Of a stretch of 30,548 nucleotides of DNA, positions 1 through 13,450 are shown in pieces. The stretch is from Desulfobacterales bacterium (GTDB taxonomy: Bacteria > Desulfobacterota > DSM-4660 > Desulfatiglandales > JALVZP01), in NCBI GenBank assembly GCA_027037575.1, contig JALVZP010000142.1:1-30548 (forward strand), written 5' to 3'. Numbering within the stretch: the stretch's first letter is position 1; each line of letters starts with the position of its first letter. Under the pieces are notes generated by a model. That model was not told the origin of the DNA, made no database searches, and saw nothing but the letters and a program-made list of their open reading frames with translations. The translations under genes and the position numbers were made by a program.

Positions 1-42
1 GTGGCTTTGAGCTTAAGAGCAAGGGGAGATGTATATAAATAA
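1..42 (+). CDS. Possible 3' end of an upstream gene, product unknown
   Basis: Frame 1 is open to TAA at 40-42 (VALSLRARGDVYK). Frame 3 is also open to TAA at 36-38, so the frame is ambiguous. Confidence 0.25.
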   Translation: MALSLRARGDVYK

Positions 43-54
43 AGGAAATTGAAG

Positions 55-915
55 ATGAAAGTATCTGCTGACTGTATTCCCTGTTTTTTAAAGCAGCTTC
101 TTGAACTAAGTCGCCTTGTCTATAAAAAAAAGGATCTAAGATATGGAATTATAAAAAGATGCATAAGTGTCCTATCAGGACTTCCTCTTAAAAAGATGAA
201 ACCCCCTCAAGTTGCAAAGAGACTATATTCCTTCATAAGAGAGGAATCGGGTGTAGAAGATCCATTTAGGGAAATAAAGAAGAGGTCAAACCAGATTGCA
301 AAGATGATTACGGAGGAGCTTAGGTCAGTTGTTGAGGAATCGGATGATCCCTTTGAGACAGCCCTTAGGCTTTCTATTGCAGGAAACATAATAGATTATG
401 GGCAGGCAAAAGGTGTGGATGACTCTTCTATAAGAGAAAGCATTGAAGAAAGCCTCAGAGTAGAGCTGGACAGGAATCTTATAGGAAGGCTCTATAAAGA
501 GATAGAGGATTCAAAAAGCTTGCTCTATATTGCTGATAATGCAGGAGAGATATTCTTTGACAGGCTCTTTATAGAAAATATGCCTACAAGAAATATAACC
601 TTTGCTGTAAGGGAAAGGCCAATTATAAATGATGCAACAAGGGAAGATGCAATAGAGACAGGTATAGATAAGATATGCACCCTTATAGATACAGGGGATG
701 ATACTCCAGGTATAATACTTGAGGATTGCTCAGAGGAGTTTGTTTCTGCATTTAATGAGGCAGATGTTATTATTTCAAAGGGACAGGGAAACTTTGAAAC
801 GCTTTCTGATGTGGAGGGGAAAAGGATCTATTTTTTGTTTAAGATAAAGTGCATACCAGTAGCAGAGGAAACATCAAATAGGCTTGGAAGCACAGTAGTA
901 TTATGCAGAGGATAA
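55..915 (+). CDS. DUF89/ARMT1-like metal-dependent damage-control phosphatase (subfamily I type)
   Basis: Motifs CIPC (N-term), AGNIIDYG, DNAGE, PIINDAT, SKGQGNFE and C-terminal KC. ATG at 55 is preferred over TTG at 49 because of AAAGGA at 41-46. Confidence 0.9.
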   Translation: MKVSADCIPCFLKQLLELSRLVYKKKDLRYGIIKRCISVLSGLPLKKMKPPQVAKRLYSFIREESGVEDPFREIKKRSNQIAKMITEELRSVVEESDDPFETALRLSIAGNIIDYGQAKGVDDSSIRESIEESLRVELDRNLIGRLYKEIEDSKSLLYIADNAGEIFFDRLFIENMPTRNITFAVRERPIINDATREDAIETGIDKICTLIDTGDDTPGIILEDCSEEFVSAFNEADVIISKGQGNFETLSDVEGKRIYFLFKIKCIPVAEETSNRLGSTVVLCRG

Positions 916-1393
916 AAATTTTAATCCTAATTTTGATCCTATGTATTTTAAGCCCATGTTACGGAGAAGAACTTTATAATGCCATTTTTGTGAAGTTTTC
1001 TGATGCAGATTCCATGTGGATATGGAATGAAGAGATGGGGAAAATAAAGATTATTATTGCAGGAATAGACGCACCTGAGGCATTCAGAAGTAGAAAGCTT
1101 AGGATGGACTCTAAGAGATGTAAGATTTCCCAAAAGAGGATAAGGGTCCTTGGAAGAAGGGCAATAATATATGCAAGATCTATCTTGAAAAGAGGTGAAG
1201 AGATAAAGATTAAGATCTATAAGAAGGAAAGAAATAGGATATACGGAAGCATCTATCTTTCTGATGGAGGCCTTTATGCGGAAAGGATTGTAGGGGCAGG
1301 ATATGCATGTGTTTCAGGTAATCTGATAGATCAGAAGGAGATGGAAAAACTGAAAAAGGCTCTCATTGAGGCAAAGAAAGAGAAAAAGGGTCT

Positions 1394-4456
<3,063 letters not shown>

Positions 4457-4457
<1 letters not shown>

Positions 4458-6286
4458 TGTGTGGAATCGTATGTTACATAGGAAGTAAAGAAGCTACTCC
4501 TATCCTTATTGAAGGACTAAAAAGGCTTGAATACAGGGGTTATGATTCTGCAGGTATTGCAGTTCATGATGGAAAGAATGTCCATTTGGTAAAGACAAAG
4601 GGAAGAATATCAGACCTTGAGATAAAGATTAGTAATCTTCAGATAAGGGGAAACATGGGAATTGGCCATACAAGATGGGCAACACATGGAGAGCCAACAG
4701 ACATAAATGCACATCCCCACACAGATGAGGATGGAAATGTTTTTGTTGTCCACAACGGAATAATAGAGAACTATTCTATCCTAAAGAGGAGGCTTGAAAA
4801 GGAAGGGATCAGGTTCAGGACAGATACAGATACGGAAGTCCTTGCACATCTTATCTCTTACTACTTTGATGGAGATCTCATTGAGGCAGTAAGAAGGGCT
4901 TTAGCTGATGTGGAAGGGACATTTGGAATAGCAGTGATTCATAGAGAATCTCCTGGAAGAATTATCTTGGCAAGAAGGGGAAGTCCAATAGTAATTGGAA
5001 TAGGAAATGGAGAGCATTTTGCAGCATCTGATGTAAATGCAATGATAAGATATACTGCTAATGTTGTCCCTTTAGAAGATAATGAGCTTGCAGTTGTCAC
5101 AAGAGATGATTTTAATATCATGACAATCCAGGCAGCAAAGATAGTGAATAGAAGTATAACCACTGTTGATTGGAAGGCAGAAGAGGCAGAGCTAAATGGC
5201 TTTCCCCATTATATGCTAAAGGAGATATATGAACAGCCAGAGGCAGTGAATAATGCAATGAGAGGAAGGATTGATCCAGCAGAAGCAGTTCCAAAGCTTG
5301 GAGGAATAGAACCTGTATGGGATGATCTAAAAAGGTGTAAGAATTTCATAATAGTAGGTTGTGGAACCTCGTATCATGCAGGATATGTTGGAAGATATAT
5401 ATTTGAAAGGCTTACAGACCTGGATGTGGATGTTGAACTTGCATCTGAGTTTAGATATAGAAAACTGAACTTCCCTTCAAATACCTTTGTCCTTGCACTT
5501 AGTCAATCAGGTGAGACAGCAGATACCCTTGCTGCAATAAGGGAGGCAAGGAGGAAAGGGGCAAAACTGCTTGGGATAGTAAATGTTGTTGGAAGCTCAA
5601 TTGCAAGAGAAACAGATGCAGGTGTATATAATCATGCAGGGCCAGAGATTGGCGTTGCATCCACGAAGAATTTTACTTCCCAGCTTGTGGTCCTTACACT
5701 TCTTGCCCTGCTTATTGGAAGACACCACAACCTCTCCTATACTGAAGGAGCAGAGGCAATAAGGGAGCTAAAGGCACTTCCAGGAAAGATAAAGGAAATG
5801 CTGTTTCAAGCAAATCATATTCAGGCAATAGCAGAAAAATACTATAGGTGCAATAACTGGCTTTTTATCGGAAGGAAGTTCAACTATCCGATAGCGTTAG
5901 AGGGTGCATTAAAGCTAAAGGAGGTTTCTTACATACATGCAGAAGGTTATGCAGCAGGAGAGATGAAGCATGGGCCTATTGCATTGATAAATCCAGAAAT
6001 GCCCACTGTTGCAATTGTTCCCCAAGATGATATGCATGAGAAGATGATAAACAATATTCAGGAGATAAAGAGCAGAAAAGGTCCTGTTATAGCTATCTCT
6101 ACCTTGGGAGATAGGGAGGTAAAGAAGATAGCAGATGATGTAATAGAGATACCGAGGACATTAGACTATCTTTATCCAATACTCACAGTTATTCCATGTC
6201 AGCTTCTTGCATATTACTGTGCAGTCCTTCTTGGAAGGGATGTAGACAAACCAAGGAATCTTGCAAAGAGTGTCACTGTGGAATAG
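4457..6286 (+). CDS. glmS: Glutamine-fructose-6-phosphate aminotransferase (isomerizing)
   Basis: MCGI start, LEYRGYDSAG, GHTRWATHG, SQSGETADT, EGALKLKE, PRNLAKSVTVE. TAATG overlap with serS. Confidence 0.99.
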
Positions 6287-8182
6287 CTATTTCCTCAATT
6301 TTCTTACATCTCCAACCCTTACAGTTACATGGGACTTGTCTAAGTATTCCAGAAAAGGAATACTGTATTTCCTTGTTGTATTTGTAAGCTCCTTAAAGTC
6401 CTTTACACTCATTTCTTTATTTTTTTCTAAAAATTCCCTGACAATGGAAAAGAGCTTTTCTACATTATCTTTATGAAGAAATAGATCCTCTTTTATTTTT
6501 ACCAGTATTCCTTGAGAAAGGAGATATTCTAAGACTTGATCTGCCAAATCAGGATATTTTTCTCTAATTTCTTTAAAATATGGTGGCTGAAAATTGCTTT
6601 TTTTATAAATTTTCTCTATTTCCTCCTTTACTTTTTCTTGCTCATCTGTAAGATTGGGCTTATAGTCTTTTAACCTGACATTATCCCTTTCTATCTCTAT
6701 GATTTCCTCATGTAAAAGCCCTTCCAGCATATAGTTAAAGAGCTTTATATCCTTTATAATCCTTAGCTTAGACCTAAGCTCCTCCTTTGGAATCCCCGAT
6801 CTAAGGGGATATTGAGAATGATAATCTTTTATGTAAGAGAGAATAACTTCTTTTAGCTTGTTATAAAATTCCTCATGGATATAGTGTCCATCTTCATAAA
6901 CATGAATCTTTTTGGAAGAAGAAAGCCTATCTATTATCTCATCCAGCTCCTCCTCAGGCATATTGCTTAAGAAAAGGAGAACCTTTTTATTTATTCCCAA
7001 AAATCCCTCAATAAAAATAAATGACTCTACTACATCTTCTTTTTTACCTCTGTATATAATAGAAAGCCTTGAAATTATTTCTTCTGAACTTATTTTTTTC
7101 TTTTTTGCTAATGGATGAACAATCTCCCCTCCTCCTATTGTCCTTACTGGAGAATAGCTTCTCACAACAAATCTATCCCCTCTTAGTACAGAGACAGGTC
7201 CTTCAAGCCTTATCTGGGCATAGCATGACTCTCCTGGAATAAGCTTTTCTTTGGCATTTAGAAAGACAATATTTCCAAGAAGTTCTGCCGTTCCTATGTG
7301 AAATCTTATCTTTTCTCTATTTTTTAGTGGTCTTTCTGCACTTGAGAGAAACTGAAAGAATACATCAACCATATAAGAAGAAAAAAGGGAATCCTTGGAT
7401 GCAACAACATATCCCTTCTCTATATCCTCTTTGTTCACTCCCTGAAGACTAAGTGCAGTCCTTGTGCTTGGCCCAACTTCATTAACACTTTTCCCATGAA
7501 CCTGAATAGATCTTATTTTACAGTTTATACCTACAGGATATACTGTTACCTCATCTCCCACTTTTATATTTCCAGATATGGTTGTTCCTGTAACAACTGT
7601 TCCAAATCCCTTTATGGTAAATACCCTATCCACAGGAAGCCTGAATATATATCCTATTTCTTTTTCTGGAAGTCTTTGAACAATTTCTGTGAGGGTCTCT
7701 ATAAACTTATCCAATCCCTCGCCTGTTACAGAGGATACCTCAACTATAGGTGCATTTGAGAGAAATGTTTCCTTCATATATTCTCTGATATCCTCTCTTA
7801 CAAGTTCAAGCCATTCTTTATCTACAAGATCTATCTTTGTAATTACAATAATTCCATATCTTATCCCTAAAAGTTCACATATTTCTATATGCTCTTTTGT
7901 TTGAGGCATGACCCCTTCATCTGCAGCAACAATGAGCGCAACAACATCTATTCCAGATGCACCTGCCACCATATTCTTTACAAATTTTTCATGCCCCGGG
8001 ACATCCACAATCCCAACAAGTGTTCCATCAGGAAGGGTAAGATGTGCAAAACCAAGCTCTATTGTTATTCCCCTCTCTTTTTCCTCCTTTAGCCTATCAG
8101 TATCTATTCCTGTAAGTGCCTTTATAAGGGATGTCTTTCCGTGATCGATATGTCCTGCTGTTCCCAATATAATCCTTCTCAT
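6287..8182 (-). CDS. selB: Selenocysteine-specific translation elongation factor
   Basis: [33 protein letters not shown]. 631 aa including the C-terminal SECIS-binding region ([13 protein letters not shown]...RVGDVR). Confidence 0.98.
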   Translation of the reverse strand: MRRIILGTAGHIDHGKTSLIKALTGIDTDRLKEEKERGITIELGFAHLTLPDGTLVGIVDVPGHEKFVKNMVAGASGIDVVALIVAADEGVMPQTKEHIEICELLGIRYGIIVITKIDLVDKEWLELVREDIREYMKETFLSNAPIVEVSSVTGEGLDKFIETLTEIVQRLPEKEIGYIFRLPVDRVFTIKGFGTVVTGTTISGNIKVGDEVTVYPVGINCKIRSIQVHGKSVNEVGPSTRTALSLQGVNKEDIEKGYVVASKDSLFSSYMVDVFFQFLSSAERPLKNREKIRFHIGTAELLGNIVFLNAKEKLIPGESCYAQIRLEGPVSVLRGDRFVVRSYSPVRTIGGGEIVHPLAKKKKISSEEIISRLSIIYRGKKEDVVESFIFIEGFLGINKKVLLFLSNMPEEELDEIIDRLSSSKKIHVYEDGHYIHEEFYNKLKEVILSYIKDYHSQYPLRSGIPKEELRSKLRIIKDIKLFNYMLEGLLHEEIIEIERDNVRLKDYKPNLTDEQEKVKEEIEKIYKKSNFQPPYFKEIREKYPDLADQVLEYLLSQGILVKIKEDLFLHKDNVEKLFSIVREFLEKNKEMSVKDFKELTNTTRKYSIPFLEYLDKSHVTVRVGDVRKLRK

Positions 8183-8184
8183 AG

Positions 8185-8541
8185 CTATCCCATGAAGTGA
8201 GATGTAACCCAGACTGCTATGCGATTACCTATAACTACAAAGATAGCTATTATGAATGTCTCAACTGCAACCTTTATATCTACAGAGGTAATAATAAGTG
8301 CAGAAAAAAGATCCGTCAATACAGCAAATCCAAGCCCTGCCATAAGTCCCCACTTCTTTATAATTAGACACATTATAAGGAGTAATGGAATGCTCAGGAA
8401 TGTTCCTAAGACTGCTAACCAATAAATAGAAAGTTCAGAATTTCTTGCTATTATATTTGTCATTGCAGCCATCCTTGGGCATACAATAAAGAAGGCATAT
8501 GCAAACATTAGAAGAAGATACTTGGAAGTGTCAGGATTCAT
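8185..8541 (-). CDS. Small integral membrane protein of unknown function (about 4 predicted helices)
   Basis: 118 aa, mostly hydrophobic, with SD GGAGG before the ATG. Fills the space between the M24 gene (10-nt gap) and selB (2-nt gap). Confidence 0.75.
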   Translation of the reverse strand: MNPDTSKYLLLMFAYAFFIVCPRMAAMTNIIARNSELSIYWLAVLGTFLSIPLLLIMCLIIKKWGLMAGLGFAVLTDLFSALIITSVDIKVAVETFIIAIFVVIGNRIAVWVTSHFMG

Positions 8542-8551
8542 CTCTTACCTC

Positions 8552-9745
8552 CTATACTATAAATACCTCTGATGGAGTCTTACTTAAGAGCCTATAGCCA
8601 TTTTCTGTGACTAAGAATACACTTTCAATCCCGGCAGCAAACTCATCCTTAAATACCATCTTTGGCTCTAATGCAAATACCATTCCTGGTCTGAGCTCCT
8701 CATCCTTTCCCATAGCTATTATAGGCTTTTCTATAAGCTCATGCCCAATTCCATGCCCTATGAATGATACCTTATACTTGGGAGGGCCTAAGAAGTAATC
8801 AATATATCCTAATCTATATGCATGGGCAAGTGATATCTGAACAAGCTCATCCAAGGTCTGTCCAGGTTTGACCTTTTCTAGAACCTTAAACTGTATCTCT
8901 ATGGCTGCCTTTGATGCATCTAATGCCTTCTTTGGCATACTCTTTATTGCAAACATCCTTGTTTCATCAAAGTGGAAACCATTTAGCATTGTCCCAAAGT
9001 CTATCATTATTGGTTCTCCTTCCCTTATCTCCTTATGACCTGCACCACAGGGAAAGGCAGGAGATGTTCCTTCCCCACTTGTTGGTGCATCTAAGAGACC
9101 TATCTTTCCTCCACTTTCTCCACTAAGGATGTGCCATGGATATGCCTCTGTCTTATAGTCTCTTACCCTTAGCTGTCCTCCATGTCCATGTCTTCTGGAA
9201 AATGTTTCGACTATACCTGCAAACTCCATCTCTGTATATCCTGGTCTAAGGTTTTCCTGAATAAACTGGAATGTCTTATAGGAGAGCTCTGCTGCCTTTT
9301 CCATCTGCTCTATTTCCCAATCAGATTTTATCATACGAACAGAATGTATAAGATCAGATGCATCTACACATTCCTGATCAGGAAATATCTGTCTATCATA
9401 GAATAGGAACTCTCTTACAGGCATGACATCAAATTCCATACCAATTCTTTTTGGTATCCTTCCATAAAACTGACTGATATATCTTGGCACACTTTTTACA
9501 GATCTTATCTCTAATATATCTTCTATGGAAGATTCCTCCTTTGCCCTTGGAAAATATTTCTTTATCATCAAAAGGGGAGGGCCTTCTGCAGGGATATACA
9601 GATAGCCATTTTGGGCAGTTCCACTAAAGTAAAAAAGGTCTACCCTCTGGGCTATAAATAATGCATCTATCTCTTTTTTTTGAAGCTCTTTCTGGATTCT
9701 ATCTATCCTTTTCTTTATCTCATCCTTAGGAACTTTAAAGCCCAT
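8552..9745 (-). CDS. Xaa-Pro aminopeptidase family (M24B) peptidase with creatinase-N domain
   Basis: Metal ligands in IDFG, FDETR, GHGIG, LEPK and GIES. Strong SD GGAGG. Confidence 0.9.
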   Translation of the reverse strand: MGFKVPKDEIKKRIDRIQKELQKKEIDALFIAQRVDLFYFSGTAQNGYLYIPAEGPPLLMIKKYFPRAKEESSIEDILEIRSVKSVPRYISQFYGRIPKRIGMEFDVMPVREFLFYDRQIFPDQECVDASDLIHSVRMIKSDWEIEQMEKAAELSYKTFQFIQENLRPGYTEMEFAGIVETFSRRHGHGGQLRVRDYKTEAYPWHILSGESGGKIGLLDAPTSGEGTSPAFPCGAGHKEIREGEPIMIDFGTMLNGFHFDETRMFAIKSMPKKALDASKAAIEIQFKVLEKVKPGQTLDELVQISLAHAYRLGYIDYFLGPPKYKVSFIGHGIGHELIEKPIIAMGKDEELRPGMVFALEPKMVFKDEFAAGIESVFLVTENGYRLLSKTPSEVFIV

Positions 9746-9868
9746 TTTTACCTCCTCTCCCAGTTTTTATTATATAATTTTAGTTTTTATCACATGCCAT
9801 TTTCTTCTTACAAGGAAAGAAAAATTTTGTAAAATAAAATAATAATTTTAAACTTCTATGTTAAAGCC
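9746..9868. promoter_or_regulatory. Divergent promoter region between the M24-selB and rnj operons
   Basis: Largest intergenic gap, very AT-rich. Palindrome ATTATATAAT (9769-9778) gives TATAAT on both strands. On +, TTGTAA(9827-9832)-N16-TAAACT(9849-9854). Confidence 0.6.
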
Positions 9869-11515
9869 ATGCTAAGAATAGTCCCTATAGGTGGATTAGG
9901 AGAAATAGGCCTTAACATGATGGCATTAGAATATGGAGACAATATGATAATCATAGATGCTGGTATTATGTTTCCTGATGACTATACACCTGGTATAGAC
10001 ATAATCATACCTGATTTTTCTTATATAAGACAGAACAAAGATAAGGTGAAGGCTCTAATACTCACACATGGACATGAAGATCATATAGGAGCAGTTCCTT
10101 ACTTGCTAAAAGAGATAAATGTTCCTGTATTTGGAACAAGATTTACTATTGAACTTGTTAAAGAAAAGTTAAAAGATTTTGGCTTGGATTTTAGAGGATT
10201 TGAATATGTAGAACCAGGAGATATCTCTCATATTGAACCATTTAAATTAGAGTATATAAATGTAACACATAGTATAGTGGATGGAGTTGGGCTTGCAATA
10301 GAAACACCAGAAGGGATAATAATCCATTCTGGTGATTTCAAGATAGAACACTCCTCTATTAATGGAAATGGGACTGACATTGCCAGATTTGCCTATTATG
10401 GGAAAAAGGGAGTACTGATCTTTCTTTCTGATTCAACAAATGCAGAAAAGGAAGGGTTTAGCCTTACAGAAAAAGAGATAAGAGATACCTTAGAAGGTAT
10501 ATTTGCAAAAAGTAAAGGAAGGATTATCCTTGCAAGCTTTGCAACCAATATCCCAAGGATACAGCAGATAGTTAAGCTGGCAATTCAGTTTAAGAGAAAG
10601 ATTGTATTTATGGGAAAGAACATGAAATCCTGTGTAGAGATTGCAAAAAGATTAGGATTTTTGGAGATACCAAATGATGTAGAAATAACAGAAAGACATC
10701 TTCCTCTTTATAGAGAAAATGAGATAGTAATTGTAACTACTGGATCACAAGGAGAACCTATGTCTGCATTAGTAAGGATGGCACATTCAAAGTATAGATA
10801 TGTAAAGATAAAACCTGGCGATACTGTAATTCTTTCCTCTAAGTTTATTCCAGGAAATGAAGTAGCAATTACATCTGTTATTAATCAATTATACAGATTA
10901 GGGGCAGAAGTGATATATGAAACAGTTGCTGATATTCATGCATCTGGTCATGCAAAGAGGGAAGAGCTCAAGCTTATGTTAAGCCTTGTCAAACCAAAAT
11001 ATTTCATCCCTATACATGGAGAATATAGGCATCTTGTAAAGCATGCCCTTCTGGCAGAGGAAATGGGTATTCCGAGGGAGAATATCATGCTGCTTGAAAA
11101 TGGGGATGTGGTTGCATGTGAAGATGGGATATGCTGGAGGGATGAGAAGGTTCCTACAGGAAGGATACTTGTAGATGGAAAAAGCACAGGTGATATGGAT
11201 GACATAATACTTAAGGAAAGAAAGAAGCTGAGCGTCAATGGAATGGTTATTGTGGTTCTTGTAGTTGATGAAATAAAAGGAGAGATCATATATGGACCTG
11301 ATATCATCTCAAAGGGATTCATATTGCAGGAATATAGGGATTTCCTCCTTGAGGAAGCAAAATGTATTGTCTTGGAGATATTTGATGAAATGAATGGGGA
11401 TGAGGCTATTGATTGGGAGTCAATAAAATCAGAAATAGGGAAGAGATTAAAGAAATTCTTTTATGAAATTATTGGTAAAAATCCCCTTATAGTGCCGATA
11501 ATTGTTCAGCTATAA
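9869..11515 (+). CDS. rnj: Ribonuclease J
   Basis: PIGGLGEIGLNM, THGHEDHIG, SDSTN, TTGSQGEP, HASGH, PIHGE. Confidence 0.97.
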   Translation: MLRIVPIGGLGEIGLNMMALEYGDNMIIIDAGIMFPDDYTPGIDIIIPDFSYIRQNKDKVKALILTHGHEDHIGAVPYLLKEINVPVFGTRFTIELVKEKLKDFGLDFRGFEYVEPGDISHIEPFKLEYINVTHSIVDGVGLAIETPEGIIIHSGDFKIEHSSINGNGTDIARFAYYGKKGVLIFLSDSTNAEKEGFSLTEKEIRDTLEGIFAKSKGRIILASFATNIPRIQQIVKLAIQFKRKIVFMGKNMKSCVEIAKRLGFLEIPNDVEITERHLPLYRENEIVIVTTGSQGEPMSALVRMAHSKYRYVKIKPGDTVILSSKFIPGNEVAITSVINQLYRLGAEVIYETVADIHASGHAKREELKLMLSLVKPKYFIPIHGEYRHLVKHALLAEEMGIPRENIMLLENGDVVACEDGICWRDEKVPTGRILVDGKSTGDMDDIILKERKKLSVNGMVIVVLVVDEIKGEIIYGPDIISKGFILQEYRDFLLEEAKCIVLEIFDEMNGDEAIDWESIKSEIGKRLKKFFYEIIGKNPLIVPIIVQL

Positions 11516-11516
11516 G

Positions 11517-12155
11517 ATGAGAAATATCTTATTAATTTCCATATTTTTTTTTATACCTTCCTTTTGTATTGCAGGAGAATGTGATACCTCTTTTCAAAAA
11601 ATAAGGGAAAGATATTCTGATCTCAGAGGAATCAAGATCCAGTATAGGAGATATATTATCTCGAAAACAATGAGTATGCTTGGTGAGGGAGTAGAATCAG
11701 ATATAGCAGAAGGAGAGATACTACTTAGCCCTCCCTATAACTTAAGGCTTGAGCAGAAAATCCCATCTCATGAATTTATAATAAGTGATGGAAAGACTAT
11801 ATGGTGGTATATTCCAAAAGATAGAATTGCTCACAAATATAAGGCAGGAAGCTTTGGAAAAGAGCTTTCTATAATAAGAAGCATATTTACAGGGATGAAA
11901 GAGATAGAAAAGGAATTTTTCTTAAGATGTAATGATTCAGATAAACTTATCTTGATTCCAAAAGAAAAATGGCAGGATATAGAAAAGATAGAAATTGTCT
12001 TATCTAAGGGATATAGAATCAGAAAAGTAAAGATATATAATATACTTGGAAGTGTTACGTGCTTTGAGATAAAGAAGGAAAAATTTGTTTCTATTAATAA
12101 AAATCTATTTCAGTTTATTCCACCACCTGATGTAAGGATCATTCAGGAAAAATGA
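11517..12155 (+). CDS. lolA: Outer-membrane lipoprotein carrier LolA family protein
   Basis: Signal peptide from ATG 11517 (1 nt after the rnj stop). LolA-like IISDGKTIWWY and C-terminal FQFIPPPDVRII. Confidence 0.8.
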   Translation: MRNILLISIFFFIPSFCIAGECDTSFQKIRERYSDLRGIKIQYRRYIISKTMSMLGEGVESDIAEGEILLSPPYNLRLEQKIPSHEFIISDGKTIWWYIPKDRIAHKYKAGSFGKELSIIRSIFTGMKEIEKEFFLRCNDSDKLILIPKEKWQDIEKIEIVLSKGYRIRKVKIYNILGSVTCFEIKKEKFVSINKNLFQFIPPPDVRIIQEK

Positions 12156-13450
12156 AACCTATATTTGAATTATATAATCTCCTTTGGATGAGTTCTATAC
12201 CTTTCCTTATCTCTTTTCCAAGACTAAGGTATGGATGGAAGGAAAGGATCTTTATAAATGACAAAGGTCCTTTTGATTTATGGATACATGCCGCATCTGT
12301 AGGTGAGGCTTATATGCTAAATGATCTAATAGAAAATTTGCCCAGGGATTTGAAGATAATGGCAACTACAAATACTTCTCAAGGAAAGGAGATTATTAGA
12401 GAAAAAAATAACATCCATATCAGATATCTTCCTTTTGATCTCACCTTTGTCTGGGAAAAGGCATTGTCTATCTGGAGACCTAAGCTTCTTGTTTTACTTG
12501 AAACAGAACTCTGGCCAGCACTCTTATATACCTGCCTCAAAAGTAATATTCCTGTCTTACTTCTCAATGCAAGATTAAGTAAAAAAAGTTTTAAAAGATA
12601 TATGAAATTTAAGGCATTATTCAAAAAATTTCCTCCAAAGGAGATTTACGCCATATCAGAAGAGGATGCAAAGAGATATAAAGAGCTATTTGGAAAAAAA
12701 GATGTAAGGCTTATGAATAATATGAAGTTTGATAGATTGAATACAAATGGGGATAAAAAGATTGATCCTGTAGTAAAGAGATTTTTGAAGGAAAGAAAAT
12801 TTATTGTCTTTGGATCTATCAGAAAGGAGGAAGAAAGAGATATATTATATGTTATAAAATATCTTCTTCAGCTTTTTCCTTGTATCTTAATAGGTGTCTT
12901 TCCAAGACATATAGAAAGGGTTAATTTTTGGAAGAATATGCTTGAGAAAGAGGGAATAAGATATGCTTTAAGATCAGAGCTGAATGATTCATTAAATAAG
13001 ATTCAGGTGATACTCTGGGATATGATAGGAGAACTTCAAATGGCATATTCCTTAGCAGATGTAGCCTTTGTTGGAGGAAGCCTCAGACCATGTGGTGGAC
13101 AAAATTTTTTGGAACCCCTATCCTATGGAGTTGTCCCCTGTGTTGGTCCTTTTACAGAGAATTTTAATTGGGTAGGGGATGATCTATTTGAAATGGGCCT
13201 TGTTATAAAGGTAAAAGATAGCAAAGAGCTTCTCAGGACCCTCTCCTATAGGATAATAAGTCCTGCAGCAGATAGGGATATGGTCAAGAATAAATTTGGA
13301 CTATTTCTAAAAGAGAAAAAAGGTGGTATAAGAACTGCCTGCCATGCGATTCTAAAATATCTTGATCAAAGAGATACATTTGAATATAAGGAGATGCAAA
13401 ATGGGGTTAAGGAAAGGAGATTGCCTGATAATTGTAGACATGCAAAATGA
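12152..13450 (+). CDS. waaA: 3-deoxy-D-manno-octulosonic acid (Kdo) transferase
   Basis: WIHAASVGE, LETELWP, NARLS, FPRHIER, AFVGGSL...GGQNFLEP. ATGA overlap with lolA. Confidence 0.95.
   Translation: MKPIFELYNLLWMSSIPFLISFPRLRYGWKERIFINDKGPFDLWIHAASVGEAYMLNDLIENLPRDLKIMATTNTSQGKEIIREKNNIHIRYLPFDLTFVWEKALSIWRPKLLVLLETELWPALLYTCLKSNIPVLLLNARLSKKSFKRYMKFKALFKKFPPKEIYAISEEDAKRYKELFGKKDVRLMNNMKFDRLNTNGDKKIDPVVKRFLKERKFIVFGSIRKEEERDILYVIKYLLQLFPCILIGVFPRHIERVNFWKNMLEKEGIRYALRSELNDSLNKIQVILWDMIGELQMAYSLADVAFVGGSLRPCGGQNFLEPLSYGVVPCVGPFTENFNWVGDDLFEMGLVIKVKDSKELLRTLSYRIISPAADRDMVKNKFGLFLKEKKGGIRTACHAILKYLDQRDTFEYKEMQNGVKERRLPDNCRHAK

Noticed and set aside
21-52. Tiny ORF MYINKGN (29-52) after GGGGAG, overlapping the DUF89 start region
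   Set aside because: The SD directly abuts the ATG, upstream context is missing, and such a short ORF is expected by chance.
5650-5680. GlmS motif reads VASTKNFT rather than VASTKAFT
   Set aside because: It is a single substitution with all other catalytic motifs intact, and there is no evidence of changed function.
6283-8188. Identical palindrome ATAGCTAT at both ends of selB (6283-6290 and 8181-8188), resembling a target-site duplication
   Set aside because: The same 8-mer also occurs at 6089, 8243 and 8712 as Ile-Ala-Ile codons. Most bases at the two junctions are fixed by stop/start codons, and no mobile-element signature is present.
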